Below, piece after piece: positions 1-9,481 of a stretch of 64,000 nucleotides of DNA. A program made the translations under genes and the position numbers. The notes under the pieces were generated by a model that was not told the DNA's origin, made no database searches, and was given only the letters and a program-made list of their open reading frames with translations. Source of the DNA: Bacteroidales bacterium (GTDB lineage Bacteria > Bacteroidota > Bacteroidia > Bacteroidales > PWNQ01); NCBI GenBank assembly GCA_021740245.1, contig JAIPAE010000001.1, positions 279 through 64,278 of the forward strand, in the 5' to 3' direction. Numbering within the stretch: position 1 is the stretch's first letter; every line of letters begins with the position of its first letter.

Positions 1-2
1 TT

Positions 3-803
3 TGCCCGGATATGACGATAATTACAAATATTTCTTTTGATCATACACGCTTCTTAGGGAATACATTACCCGAGATTGCCCGTGAAAAAGCAGGCATTAT
101 CAAATACAATACTCCTGTTATCATTGGAGAAAAACAGGAAGAGATCAGACAAGTTTTTGAGAATGTAGCATCAAAAATGAATGCTCCGATAATATATGCT
201 TCGGATGAAATTGATTTTGAACAAATTAATTTTACTAATAATGGAATAGGCGTAATATGGAATAAATTTTCGCTGTACTTACCTTTCCCGGTATCATATC
301 AGATTAAAAATTTGAAAACATCTTTAGCTGTGATTACGAATTTAAAGAAACAGGGATGGCATCTGTCTGATAAATCGATATCAGCAGGAATTGAAAAAGT
401 TGTATCAAATACAGGGTTTCAGGGGCGCTTTCAAATACTTGGCCAAAAACCGTTGACTATTGCTGACAGTGCACATAACCCTGCTGGTCTTGAAGAAACT
501 ATGAGACAACTGAAGCATTTTAATACAGCAACAAAACATTTTGTATTGGGAATGGTCAATGATAAAGATATTCAAAAAGCATTGTCGCTGATGCCCAAAG
601 AAGCACAATATTATTTTGCTAAAGCTGATATTCCACGCGGCTTAAAAGCAAAAGAACTGAAAAAGATGGCCAAAGAGATAGGCCTAAAAGGGAAATGTTA
701 TGCATCCGTAAAAGAGGCATTTCAAGCTGCCAGGAAAAATGCTTCTGTGGATGATTTAATCTTTATCGGTGGAAGTACGTTTACGGTAGCCGAAGTTATT
801 TGA
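3..803 (+). CDS. folC: Folylpolyglutamate synthase / dihydrofolate synthase, C-terminal part (5' end lies outside the window)
   Basis: The frame is open to the window edge. The sequence looks like a Mur-ligase family middle/C-terminal region (ITNISFDHTRFLGNTL, LTIADSAHNPAG, FIGGSTF). Confidence 0.85.
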   Translation, partial: CPDMTIITNISFDHTRFLGNTLPEIAREKAGIIKYNTPVIIGEKQEEIRQVFENVASKMNAPIIYASDEIDFEQINFTNNGIGVIWNKFSLYLPFPVSYQIKNLKTSLAVITNLKKQGWHLSDKSISAGIEKVVSNTGFQGRFQILGQKPLTIADSAHNPAGLEETMRQLKHFNTATKHFVLGMVNDKDIQKALSLMPKEAQYYFAKADIPRGLKAKELKKMAKEIGLKGKCYASVKEAFQAARKNASVDDLIFIGGSTFTVAEVI

Positions 804-878
804 AAGGTGTTATGCTTCATAAAGCTAAAATATTCTATGTATAGCTTTTGATTACTTCAAAGCAAAGTCATAGATATA

Positions 879-2219
879 TTAGTCTTCTTTCTTTAATGAA
901 TTTACTTTCTCAACGGCAATCAATTTGTCATAATTTTCACCGCCAGGGCGATGGTATACAAATATGGTATAATCGTTTTCAGTTTCATAATGTTGCCCCT
1001 CAAACAAGCTGGCATCCCCGGTGTTTGAGCCATTCGGCAAAAAAACGTATTGGTAATTATAATAGCCCTGCTTCAGATACATGGCTAATTCATATCCTTT
1101 AGCTTCGTAGTTGTAATTCATCTTCGCTTTATCGATAAATTGCCATTTACTGAGTTCTCCCATAACATAAATATTGCCATCTGTCATCGGTGCGGGATAT
1201 GGCAGGAAAAAATGTACCCAGGCATAATCTGCTTCTAACTCTTTTTGACGGTTCACGTCATACGAAATAATGTAATAATTGCCATTAATATCTTCCACAG
1301 AAACATAGCCGGCATAAGGATTTATTTTATCGCTTTTCAGCTCTACATGGTTTCCCAGTGAATCATAATATATTCTTTTTATCCCGGGAACCTGATGTTT
1401 TAAAGAGCGGGTATCAAAAAAACGGAATTCATTTAATCCGCTGAATATGAGCTTTCCGTCAAAATTAAAATCCAGTTTGTCAGGCATTATCGATCTGGGC
1501 TCTATATTTTTAATCATCTTATCCCAACGCATATTTTGCATTAACTGTATTTTCAAATTCCCTGAGGGGTCTGCGATATAGTAATCACCCGGTTTGATAG
1601 CAAAATCTACCTCCTGATGTGTATAACGTTTTCCGGGCGTTATCGCTTGTTTTACAACGGCCTCTACGGTAAGTTTTGGTTCATAGACCATAAAGCGATG
1701 TGTAAGTACTGGCCTGTCGCGCTTACCGGTTTCATAAACCGATAAAATATAATTTCCAGATATAGAGGGCACAACTTCACCTTGCTTTGGGAATTTGAGT
1801 GTGTAATGTGTGAAGTCTTCCATAGTATTAAACGAAAAGGAATGATTTTCGATAAGGCCATCTGTATATCCATTGACATAATCACTTTTAAACAAATCAG
1901 ATACCTGCCAGTCCGAGGTGCAATGAATAATTTCGTAACGGTAAGATTTTACATCAGCATCAAGGTCATCAAATGACAAAACAAGCTGATCATTGCTATT
2001 CAGTTTTATAATTGGCATGGATAAAGCAAATCCGGCTTTATGAAGGCGAACCGAACGTATATTTTCCTGATAGACATAATCCTGACAGCGGAAATAATCC
2101 TCTTCATAGTATCCTTGCTGCTCCTGTTGTTTCTCGGGACTAACAGTTGTTTGTTCCAGCGAAGTACATCCTGAAAAAAACAGAGTACCCAATAATAAGA
2201 ATTTTATAATATTGTGCAT
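879..2219 (-). CDS. Lipoprotein resembling the DUF5103 / T9SS plug-protein family
   Basis: 446 aa ORF with an ATG start. The signal peptide has a lipobox (LLLGTLFFSGC). The N-terminal region (IRSVRLHKAGFALSMPIIKLNSNDQLVLSFDDL) resembles the Bacteroidota DUF5103 family as I recall it. Confidence 0.55.
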   Translation of the reverse strand: MHNIIKFLLLGTLFFSGCTSLEQTTVSPEKQQEQQGYYEEDYFRCQDYVYQENIRSVRLHKAGFALSMPIIKLNSNDQLVLSFDDLDADVKSYRYEIIHCTSDWQVSDLFKSDYVNGYTDGLIENHSFSFNTMEDFTHYTLKFPKQGEVVPSISGNYILSVYETGKRDRPVLTHRFMVYEPKLTVEAVVKQAITPGKRYTHQEVDFAIKPGDYYIADPSGNLKIQLMQNMRWDKMIKNIEPRSIMPDKLDFNFDGKLIFSGLNEFRFFDTRSLKHQVPGIKRIYYDSLGNHVELKSDKINPYAGYVSVEDINGNYYIISYDVNRQKELEADYAWVHFFLPYPAPMTDGNIYVMGELSKWQFIDKAKMNYNYEAKGYELAMYLKQGYYNYQYVFLPNGSNTGDASLFEGQHYETENDYTIFVYHRPGGENYDKLIAVEKVNSLKKED

Positions 2220-2238
2220 ATATAACAGATGTTTTTTC

Positions 2239-2577
2239 TTATTTAAGTTCTTTTAACGGATCCCAGAAAAAATCATTATAGTTTTGAATCCGGTCATTAA
2301 TAACAGTTAAACCTTCGTTTTCAAGCAATTCTCTCATTAATCCGGGATGATCGAAATGATATTTCCCTGTGAGTTGACCATTTCTGTTTACAACCCGATG
2401 TGCAGGTATCTCCTTATCATGAGCATAGGAATGGTTCATAGCCCAACCTACCATCCGTGCACCGGAGCGCATTCCCAGATATGCTGCAATGCTGCCATAA
2501 TTCGTAACACGTCCTTTCGGTATTTGAACAACGATGTCATATACTTTTTTAAAATATGTTTGGCTTTTGTTACTCAT
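2239..2577 (-). CDS. MGMT-family DNA-binding protein, alkyltransferase-like (ATL), lacking the acceptor cysteine
   Basis: At 112 aa it contains only the MGMT C-terminal DNA-binding domain. The active-site motif reads PAHRV instead of PCHRV. It overlaps trmB by 8 nt. Confidence 0.8.
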   Translation of the reverse strand: MSNKSQTYFKKVYDIVVQIPKGRVTNYGSIAAYLGMRSGARMVGWAMNHSYAHDKEIPAHRVVNRNGQLTGKYHFDHPGLMRELLENEGLTVINDRIQNYNDFFWDPLKELK

Positions 2578-3256
2578 CCATACTTGATTTGTTCAATGTA
2601 AAACTAATATACTTTATTCTTTTACCTTTTTCAAGCCACATTTGTTCATAAAATGTTTGAATATCAGTAACAGGGCCCTGTACTTTATCCCGATAAACGT
2701 CTTCTGAAATCAGATGAATATTATGTTTATATTCATAAATCACTTCTTTTGTGAATTCAAATAACACGTCATCATCTGTTTTTAAATGAATAATCGCATC
2801 CTCTTTAAGCAAGGGTTTATATCGTTGCAAAAACTGTGGTGATGTCAGTCTTTTTTTTCTTCTCGACTTGCGCAGGTGCGGATCAGGAAAAGTGATCCAT
2901 ATCTCATCAACCTCATGTTTCCCAAAGAAGAATTGTATAAGCTCTATTTGTGTTCTGATAAACGCAACATTATTTAGATTTTCCCCATTAGATTTTTTAC
3001 AACCCTTCCACATTCGAGCGCCTTTAATATCCAGGCCTATAAAATTTTTCTGTGGAAATTTCCTGGCCAGCTCAACAGTATATTCGCCCTTGCCGCATGC
3101 CAATTCGAGGATCAAAGGATTTTGATTATGAAAAAAACCGGAGCACCATTGCCCCTTATTCTCAAAACCTTCTTCTTCCAGTTCTTCATATGACCTTTGA
3201 AACATATTTTCAAAAGTGGCATTTTCTGCAAAACGCCTTAATTTTTTCTTACCCAC
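2570..3256 (-). CDS. trmB: tRNA (guanine46-N7)-methyltransferase
   Basis: 228 aa. N-terminus is GKKKLRRFAEN, the SAM-binding motif is ILELACGKGEY, and the FPDPH motif is present. The start codon appears to be GTG. Confidence 0.85.
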   Translation of the reverse strand: MGKKKLRRFAENATFENMFQRSYEELEEEGFENKGQWCSGFFHNQNPLILELACGKGEYTVELARKFPQKNFIGLDIKGARMWKGCKKSNGENLNNVAFIRTQIELIQFFFGKHEVDEIWITFPDPHLRKSRRKKRLTSPQFLQRYKPLLKEDAIIHLKTDDDVLFEFTKEVIYEYKHNIHLISEDVYRDKVQGPVTDIQTFYEQMWLEKGKRIKYISFTLNKSSMDE

Positions 3257-3299
3257 GATATGCTACTTTAATAGTTTAATATCAGGATTCAGGGATAGG

Positions 3300-4385
3300 T
3301 TAATAACGGTCCAGCCAGGCACCGCTGTTTTCTTTTGCCCGGATTTGGTGAAGTGTCTTTATAGCTGTTTGTTTATCCGTGTGAAAGCTATAGACAACCC
3401 TTTGTAATCCTTTCGGAGTTTGGCCCTGAATAGTGGCTTGATATCCTTTTCCCTTTAACTCCTCTACCAGTTCTTCCGCATTTTTTTGCGACCGGAAACA
3501 ACCGGCTATTATTAAATAATCTCCTTCAGATGCTTGTTTATGGAAAGTTTCTGTTTCTTTTTTTTGATTACCCTGCTTCTGTTCCGGTATAGGAATTTGC
3601 CCGGATGCATTATCTGATTTTAATGTGTCAGAGTTATCCGTACTGGTTATTGTATCCTTTTTTGAAACTTCTGCTGTAGTGTCTGCTTCAGCAATAGCTG
3701 TCTTTTCAGGTTTCTTGTTAAAACCAAGCCATGGCTTCCAGACATCCTGAAAGTACCAACCAGCTACACCAATCAGGATAAGAATCAAAAAAGGAATTAT
3801 CCAGGAGGTATCTTTTTTGTGTTGTTTTTTCTTATTCCCGGATTTTGTTTTTCCCGGACTTCTTTGAGCAGTTTTTTCTTTGACTTTTTTATCTTGTTGT
3901 TTTGGATTTGTTGCATTTTTCTTTTCTTTTTTGATCGTTGTAGTTGCAGTCGTTTTTTTATCGGTTGATTTTATGAGATCAGCTTTAAATGAAGGCAGCC
4001 CGTATGTTTCTTTACTGTAATTAACGGATTTATCCACATCCAGTTTTATATCTCCCTGAAAATCATAAAATAAAAAACCTATATTCTGCAATTGTACTTT
4101 TTTCCCGGCTTTCAGTTCTGATTTAATGTGTTCGACCTGCTGTTTTATTCCTTCCAGCGCCTCTTCTTTTGAAATTCCTTTTTTTTCTGCGATAAAACCG
4201 GCAAGCATATCATCTTTGATATTTGGATTATTCTCAAAATTAACCGTCCGTTCAGCAGGTTGGAATTGATGATCTCCGGGGTGAATACTGGTACATTTAT
4301 CAACAGGATGGAACGTTCCGAGATTTTCCACATTAACGGATATACCCTGGTATAATTTTTCAATAATAAACGGTTCAAGTTTCAT
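3300..4385 (-). CDS. SPOR domain-containing membrane protein with an HU-like N-terminal domain
   Basis: 361 aa. It has a lysine-rich linker, one TM segment (WIIPFLILILIGVAGWYF) and a C-terminal SPOR-like fold (YLIIAGCFRSQKNAEELVEELKGKGY). Confidence 0.7.
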   Translation of the reverse strand: MKLEPFIIEKLYQGISVNVENLGTFHPVDKCTSIHPGDHQFQPAERTVNFENNPNIKDDMLAGFIAEKKGISKEEALEGIKQQVEHIKSELKAGKKVQLQNIGFLFYDFQGDIKLDVDKSVNYSKETYGLPSFKADLIKSTDKKTTATTTIKKEKKNATNPKQQDKKVKEKTAQRSPGKTKSGNKKKQHKKDTSWIIPFLILILIGVAGWYFQDVWKPWLGFNKKPEKTAIAEADTTAEVSKKDTITSTDNSDTLKSDNASGQIPIPEQKQGNQKKETETFHKQASEGDYLIIAGCFRSQKNAEELVEELKGKGYQATIQGQTPKGLQRVVYSFHTDKQTAIKTLHQIRAKENSGAWLDRY

Positions 4386-4437
4386 TCGGCAGTATTTTTT
4401 TTGTTCTGCTGTAAAATTATAAATGTTTTATGGACTT

Positions 4438-5157
4438 TTACAAATCCTTTAAATCTTCAGGAGAATCTATTCCAATCGTTTCCTTGTCAGTAATATCAAC
4501 TATAATTCTATAACCATAATCAAGCCACCGCAATTGTTCAAGGCTTTCTGCCTGTTCGAGCCAAGAAACGGGTAACTGAACCAGCTTGTTTAATACATCT
4601 GTCCTGTACCCATAAATACCTATATGTTTATAATGGATGGTTTTTTTTGAATCTTTATCTAAGGTTTTTCGCAAATAAGGAATTCCAAAGCGGGAAAAAT
4701 ACAACGCTTCTTTCTTTTCGTTGATGATAACTTTTACTATATCGGGATTATCGATATCTTTATTACGATCAATTATTTTAGCAAGGGAAGCAATATCTGC
4801 ATTTTTTTCAAGCAACCCAGCAACGGATTTTATATGATCGTGATGAATGAAAGGTTCATCGCCCTGTATGTTAATAATTGCATCAAACGATTCATTCATC
4901 AATTCCAGAGCAGCAGCACATCTTTCCGTACCTGAGTTTAAGTTATGAGACGTTAACACACATTTCCCTCCGGAATTCTCTACAACTTTCTGAATTCGTT
5001 CATCATCCGTAGCAACTAATACCTGATTCAGTATGTTTGAAGATTTCACATTTTCAAGCGTATGCAAAATCATAGGTTTCCCCCGGATTTCTGCCAAAGG
5101 TTTTCCCGGAAATCTGGTTGAATTGTATCGTGCTGGTATGATGCCTGCTATTTTCAT
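4438..5157 (-). CDS. kdsB: 3-deoxy-manno-octulosonate cytidylyltransferase (CMP-KDO synthetase)
   Basis: 239 aa. N-terminus is IIPARYNSTRFPGKPL, and the NIQGDEP motif is present. Confidence 0.9.
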   Translation of the reverse strand: MKIAGIIPARYNSTRFPGKPLAEIRGKPMILHTLENVKSSNILNQVLVATDDERIQKVVENSGGKCVLTSHNLNSGTERCAAALELMNESFDAIINIQGDEPFIHHDHIKSVAGLLEKNADIASLAKIIDRNKDIDNPDIVKVIINEKKEALYFSRFGIPYLRKTLDKDSKKTIHYKHIGIYGYRTDVLNKLVQLPVSWLEQAESLEQLRWLDYGYRIIVDITDKETIGIDSPEDLKDL

Positions 5158-5160
5158 GTA

Positions 5161-5772
5161 CTAAAATAAACCGTGTATTTTTCCCTGAACTTTTTCAATT
5201 ACCTGGGATAGGTCTTCCGGATTGTTAAAATCTTTATCATCAACATCAATAATCAAAAGGTTACCTGCCTGATAATTATCAATCCAGTCTTCATAGCGTT
5301 GATTCAAACTTTTCAGATAATCCAGGCGAATAGAGTTTTCGTAATCGCGGCCACGTTTCTGGATCTGATCTACTAATGTAGGAATCTCTGCACGAAGGTA
5401 GATTAACAGATCAGGGGGCTGAATAAAACGGTTCATCAATTCAAATAAAGACTGATAGTTTTCAAAATCACGTGTCGGCATCAAACCCATCTCGTGGAGG
5501 TTAGGTGCAAAGATGTATGCATCTTCATAAATTGTCCGGTCTTGTACAATGGTTTTTTTCTTTTCCCTGAATTTTATGATCTGCCGGAAACGACTATTCA
5601 AAAAGTAAATCTGCAAATTAAATGACCATCTTTGCATATCCTCATAAAAACTGTTCAAATAAGGATTTGATTCAACATCTTCATAATGAGGCTCCCAGTT
5701 GAGGCGTTTAGCCAAAAGCCTGGTGAGTGTTGTCTTTCCTGATCCGATATTTCCTGCTATAGCTATATGCAT
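5161..5772 (-). CDS. Deoxynucleoside kinase
   Basis: 203 aa with P-loop IAIAGNIGSGKTTL and a dNK-family ERS-like region (QDRTIYED). Confidence 0.85.
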   Translation of the reverse strand: MHIAIAGNIGSGKTTLTRLLAKRLNWEPHYEDVESNPYLNSFYEDMQRWSFNLQIYFLNSRFRQIIKFREKKKTIVQDRTIYEDAYIFAPNLHEMGLMPTRDFENYQSLFELMNRFIQPPDLLIYLRAEIPTLVDQIQKRGRDYENSIRLDYLKSLNQRYEDWIDNYQAGNLLIIDVDDKDFNNPEDLSQVIEKVQGKIHGLF

Positions 5773-5882
5773 GATTCAAATTTTTTGAAGCAATAAAATT
5801 AAAAATAAATATTGTAAGCGTATGCTTTGTTCGCACATCAATCTTAAACAACTTAAAGTAAAACTTCTGTTGCTTCTGAAAA

Positions 5883-6650
5883 TCAAATCTTAGCGCGAAA
5901 TATTCCTTTGTTGTTCTGATAATATATTAGATTTTGACTGTATCTGATGTTTTTGGTGGAATCGTAGGGCCAGGAAACCGTTTTTACCTGGTGCTTATCC
6001 ACATCATAGTGAATTAATTGTTGATTTGAAATATATAAGATCGTTTTTTTAGCCCACGTTAAAGCCTGATGATCCGGTAATGGGATGGACTTATCAAATG
6101 ATCCGAAACGATCAAAAACTAGTAATTTTTTGTCTAAGGCAAAAAATATATGCTCACCTGATTGATAGATAAACTCAACCCGGGCATAGGTGTCCAATTG
6201 GAGTGGGCTGGATTCATGGGAAACAGCAAGATTTTTATCAAGCCGGATGATTTTTCCGGCAGATTGATCGTAGACCCAAATACCATTATCATATGCCAGA
6301 GCAGATGCCTGAGAGGAAATGATTCCATATTCAGTCAGATCGATTACTTTTGAACGAACAGAAAAATATTTATCCAAAAACAAAACCTGATCAAAACTCT
6401 GATAGTATACCAGGATTTTTAATGGGTTTGATACATCCAGCCAGCTTATGCTCCCATTGATAAAACTGGTGAATTCTTCAGTTTTTATTCCGGCAGAGTT
6501 ATACTTTTGTACGGTATTACCTTTAATGGTATAAAAATTACCTAAGGCATCAATGAAGAAGTTATCAAAATTACCGGGAATTATAGCTTTTTGTGCTCCG
6601 GCTCCCAGAACAATAAACATTAAAAGTGATATCAGGATACATTTTTTCAT
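5883..6650 (-). CDS. Hypothetical secreted protein, possibly a beta-propeller-like fold
   Basis: 255 aa with a signal peptide (MKKCILISLLMFIVLGAGAQ). Its start overlaps the stop of the upstream GH3 gene by 4 nt. I recognise no motif. Confidence 0.6.
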   Translation of the reverse strand: MKKCILISLLMFIVLGAGAQKAIIPGNFDNFFIDALGNFYTIKGNTVQKYNSAGIKTEEFTSFINGSISWLDVSNPLKILVYYQSFDQVLFLDKYFSVRSKVIDLTEYGIISSQASALAYDNGIWVYDQSAGKIIRLDKNLAVSHESSPLQLDTYARVEFIYQSGEHIFFALDKKLLVFDRFGSFDKSIPLPDHQALTWAKKTILYISNQQLIHYDVDKHQVKTVSWPYDSTKNIRYSQNLIYYQNNKGIFRAKI

Positions 6651-8158
6651 AATCCGGCAATGGATTTGATTTCATCAACGTAATTACGATTATTGGATAA
6701 CCGGGGGACCTTATTCTGCCCTCCCAGCTTACCACGCATTTTCATCCATTTGTAGAATATTCCGTCATCGAGAGGCTGGATAATAGGTGGTTGTAAAAGT
6801 ATATCATTATAGCGTTTTGCTTCATAATCGGAATTGATAGATTTTAAGGCATTATCAAGTGTATCCTTAAAATAGTCACAGTTTTCGGGTTTTTTCTCAA
6901 ATTCAATAAGCCATTCGTGCGCAGCTTTTTGGTTATCTCCCAGATAAACCGGCGCTGCTGTATATTCATTAATAATGGCACCGCTTTTACGACAGGCTAT
7001 ATCTAAAGCATTTTCAGCATTTTCCACGATAAGCTCTTCACCAAAAGCATTGATAAAATGTTTGGTTCTGCCTGTTATTTGTATACGGTATGGATTTTTT
7101 GAAGTAAACCGGACAGTATCACCAATAAGATATCGCCACAAACCGGCATTGGTTGTGATTATCAAAGCATAGTTAACTCCTGTTTCCACCTGATCGAGTG
7201 TCAGTGCTTTAGGATTTTCTTTATCCAGTTCGGACATAGGCAGGAACTCGTAATAAATGCCGTAATCCAGCATCAATAATAACTCATCAGATTCTTTTTG
7301 ATCCTGAATACCAAAATAGCCTTCAGAAGCATTATAATTTTCCACATAGTGAAGATTTTCCGGGACAATTTTTTCAAATTGATCCCGGTATGGAACAAAG
7401 TTCACACCACCGTGAAACAGTGCTTCAAAGTTGGGCCAGACCTCCCCGATATTGGATTTTCCGGTCTTGTCAAGCACCCGCTGAAGCAATAGCAAACCCC
7501 AGGAAGGCACACCGGCCAGGTTCGTTACATTTTCTTTAATAGTAATCTCAGCCATGCGTTCAATTTTTTCTTCCCACTTGTCCATTAATGCAACTTCCAT
7601 GTTGGGTGTCCGGCTAAATTCAGCCCAGAATGGCAGATTTTGAATAATAATAGCTGATACATCTCCATAAAAAGACATATTATCATATTCATTGATATAA
7701 TGACTGCCGCCCAGGCCCAAAGCTTTTCCATCAAATAACCTGGTATCCGGGTAATTTGTGCAATAAAATGAAAGCAAATCCTTACCTCCTCTGAAATGAG
7801 TTTCTTCTATAGCTTCCGTACTAACTGGAATGAACTTGCTCTTTCCTGCTGTAGTACCGGAAGATTTGGCAAACCAACGTATTTCTGTGTTCCATAATAT
7901 ATTTTGTTCTCCTTTGCGAATACGGTCGATGTATGGCTTGAGATCATCGTAAGTGCTTATGGGAACACGTTCCTGGAATTGATCACGGTTACGGATAGTA
8001 GAATAGTCGTATTTCCTTCCCCATTCAGTGTAACGGGCTTCTTTTATTAACTGTTGAAACCATTCTTCCTGCACATCATGCGGATAGCGAACAAAAAGTT
8101 CAATCTGATGCATCCGCTTTTTCATAAACCAGGAAATTAAAGAATTGAATATGGGCAT
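6647..8158 (-). CDS. GH3 auxin-responsive-promoter family protein (adenylate-forming enzyme superfamily)
   Basis: 503 aa. The motif FAKSSGTTAGKSKFIP and the overall length and organisation are typical of bacterial GH3 proteins. Confidence 0.85.
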   Translation of the reverse strand: MPIFNSLISWFMKKRMHQIELFVRYPHDVQEEWFQQLIKEARYTEWGRKYDYSTIRNRDQFQERVPISTYDDLKPYIDRIRKGEQNILWNTEIRWFAKSSGTTAGKSKFIPVSTEAIEETHFRGGKDLLSFYCTNYPDTRLFDGKALGLGGSHYINEYDNMSFYGDVSAIIIQNLPFWAEFSRTPNMEVALMDKWEEKIERMAEITIKENVTNLAGVPSWGLLLLQRVLDKTGKSNIGEVWPNFEALFHGGVNFVPYRDQFEKIVPENLHYVENYNASEGYFGIQDQKESDELLLMLDYGIYYEFLPMSELDKENPKALTLDQVETGVNYALIITTNAGLWRYLIGDTVRFTSKNPYRIQITGRTKHFINAFGEELIVENAENALDIACRKSGAIINEYTAAPVYLGDNQKAAHEWLIEFEKKPENCDYFKDTLDNALKSINSDYEAKRYNDILLQPPIIQPLDDGIFYKWMKMRGKLGGQNKVPRLSNNRNYVDEIKSIAGL

Positions 8159-8215
8159 ATACCATTATTTGATGCAAAATTCGTACAATTTTGTAAATTT
8201 AACAAAATCTAACTG

Positions 8216-9481
8216 CTATGGTTTATAAGTTAGCTGCAATCCTGTTTTTTTTATTTCCTGCCAAAACCCAGGATAGGACTTATCAACAGTTAATGGATTC
8301 AGAATTTCAATTGATGAATGTCTTAAAACCATTGGTGCAAAAGCCATTGCTATACGATGATCATTATGGGAGTTTATGAGAACTGTTTTTCCTGAAGATT
8401 TTATCTTGTTTGATTGTAAGTGGATTGTATTACCATCAATTTCATTTATAATATTGTTTGTTTTTTGTAATTCCGATTTCATAACAGCTATCCGGTCGGA
8501 TTCTTTATACCTGAGATGAGAAACCCCTTTTAAAATACAGTTTATACCCAGGCCTGCACATGTTGTTAATATAAAAGGAACCAGATCAGGTGTATCCGTC
8601 ACATCCAGTGCGCATTGCTGATGGGTGGAAACAATACCATTATTAAGTATTTTTATACTACCCTCCTGAAAAATTGTCTGAACACCAAACCTTGAAAATA
8701 TTTCACTTATCCTCTTGTCTCCTTGTACACTGTCCTGCCGAAGTCCGTTTATTGTTACTGAATAACCTTTATCCTCCAACGCTGTTAAAACATACCACGG
8801 CGCTGCACTACTCCAGTCATATTCATTGAATATCAACTGTTCCCTTATCTGCTGACGAGGAATATAAATCGTATTTTCTGCATTAAAATGATACTGAATA
8901 TTCAGTTGATCAAATAAAGCAGTTGTCATATCTATGTAAGCACCGGATACTTTTTTATTGTCTATCTGAAGTTCTAATCCATATTGCGGCCCTGTCAGTA
9001 ATAAAGCATTGATAAACTGGCTGCTTTTCGTTCCGTCTATTGTGACTGATAAAGTCTTTTCTGGTTTTTTTCCGTATATTTTAACAGGAGGCTTTCCCGC
9101 ATCTTCTAAAAACCGGATTTTTACACCAGCCTTAATCAAAGCCTTAAACAAAGGTGATTGTGGACGATTTTTCATGCGTTCACTGCCGGTTAGAATAAAC
9201 TCCCCGTTTTGGAAACTAAAATAAGCTGTTAAAAAGCGGAAAACGGTGCCTGCATTATTACAATTATAGAAAAATGAAGACCCCGGGCTTTGAGAATAAT
9301 CATCTAAAATATATTTGAGTAAAACTGTATCGCCTGAACTGGATAAGTTTTGGATAACAATCCTTTTACCTGACAATGCACTCAGGATCAGAAGCCTATT
9401 GCTTATGCTTTTAGAAGCCGGTATATTCAGGGTTGCATGCCGGTTGATTGTTCCGTTTTTATTAATTGTAAGTTTATCCAT
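8216..9481 (-). CDS. aroA: 3-phosphoshikimate 1-carboxyvinyltransferase (EPSP synthase)
   Basis: 421 aa with PASKSISNRLLIL and NSHNDHRIAMAFA motifs. It overlaps aroB by 8 nt. Confidence 0.9.
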   Translation of the reverse strand: MDKLTINKNGTINRHATLNIPASKSISNRLLILSALSGKRIVIQNLSSSGDTVLLKYILDDYSQSPGSSFFYNCNNAGTVFRFLTAYFSFQNGEFILTGSERMKNRPQSPLFKALIKAGVKIRFLEDAGKPPVKIYGKKPEKTLSVTIDGTKSSQFINALLLTGPQYGLELQIDNKKVSGAYIDMTTALFDQLNIQYHFNAENTIYIPRQQIREQLIFNEYDWSSAAPWYVLTALEDKGYSVTINGLRQDSVQGDKRISEIFSRFGVQTIFQEGSIKILNNGIVSTHQQCALDVTDTPDLVPFILTTCAGLGINCILKGVSHLRYKESDRIAVMKSELQKTNNIINEIDGNTIHLQSNKIKSSGKTVLINSHNDHRIAMAFAPMVLRHSSIEILNPLTVDKSYPGFWQEIKKTGLQLTYKP

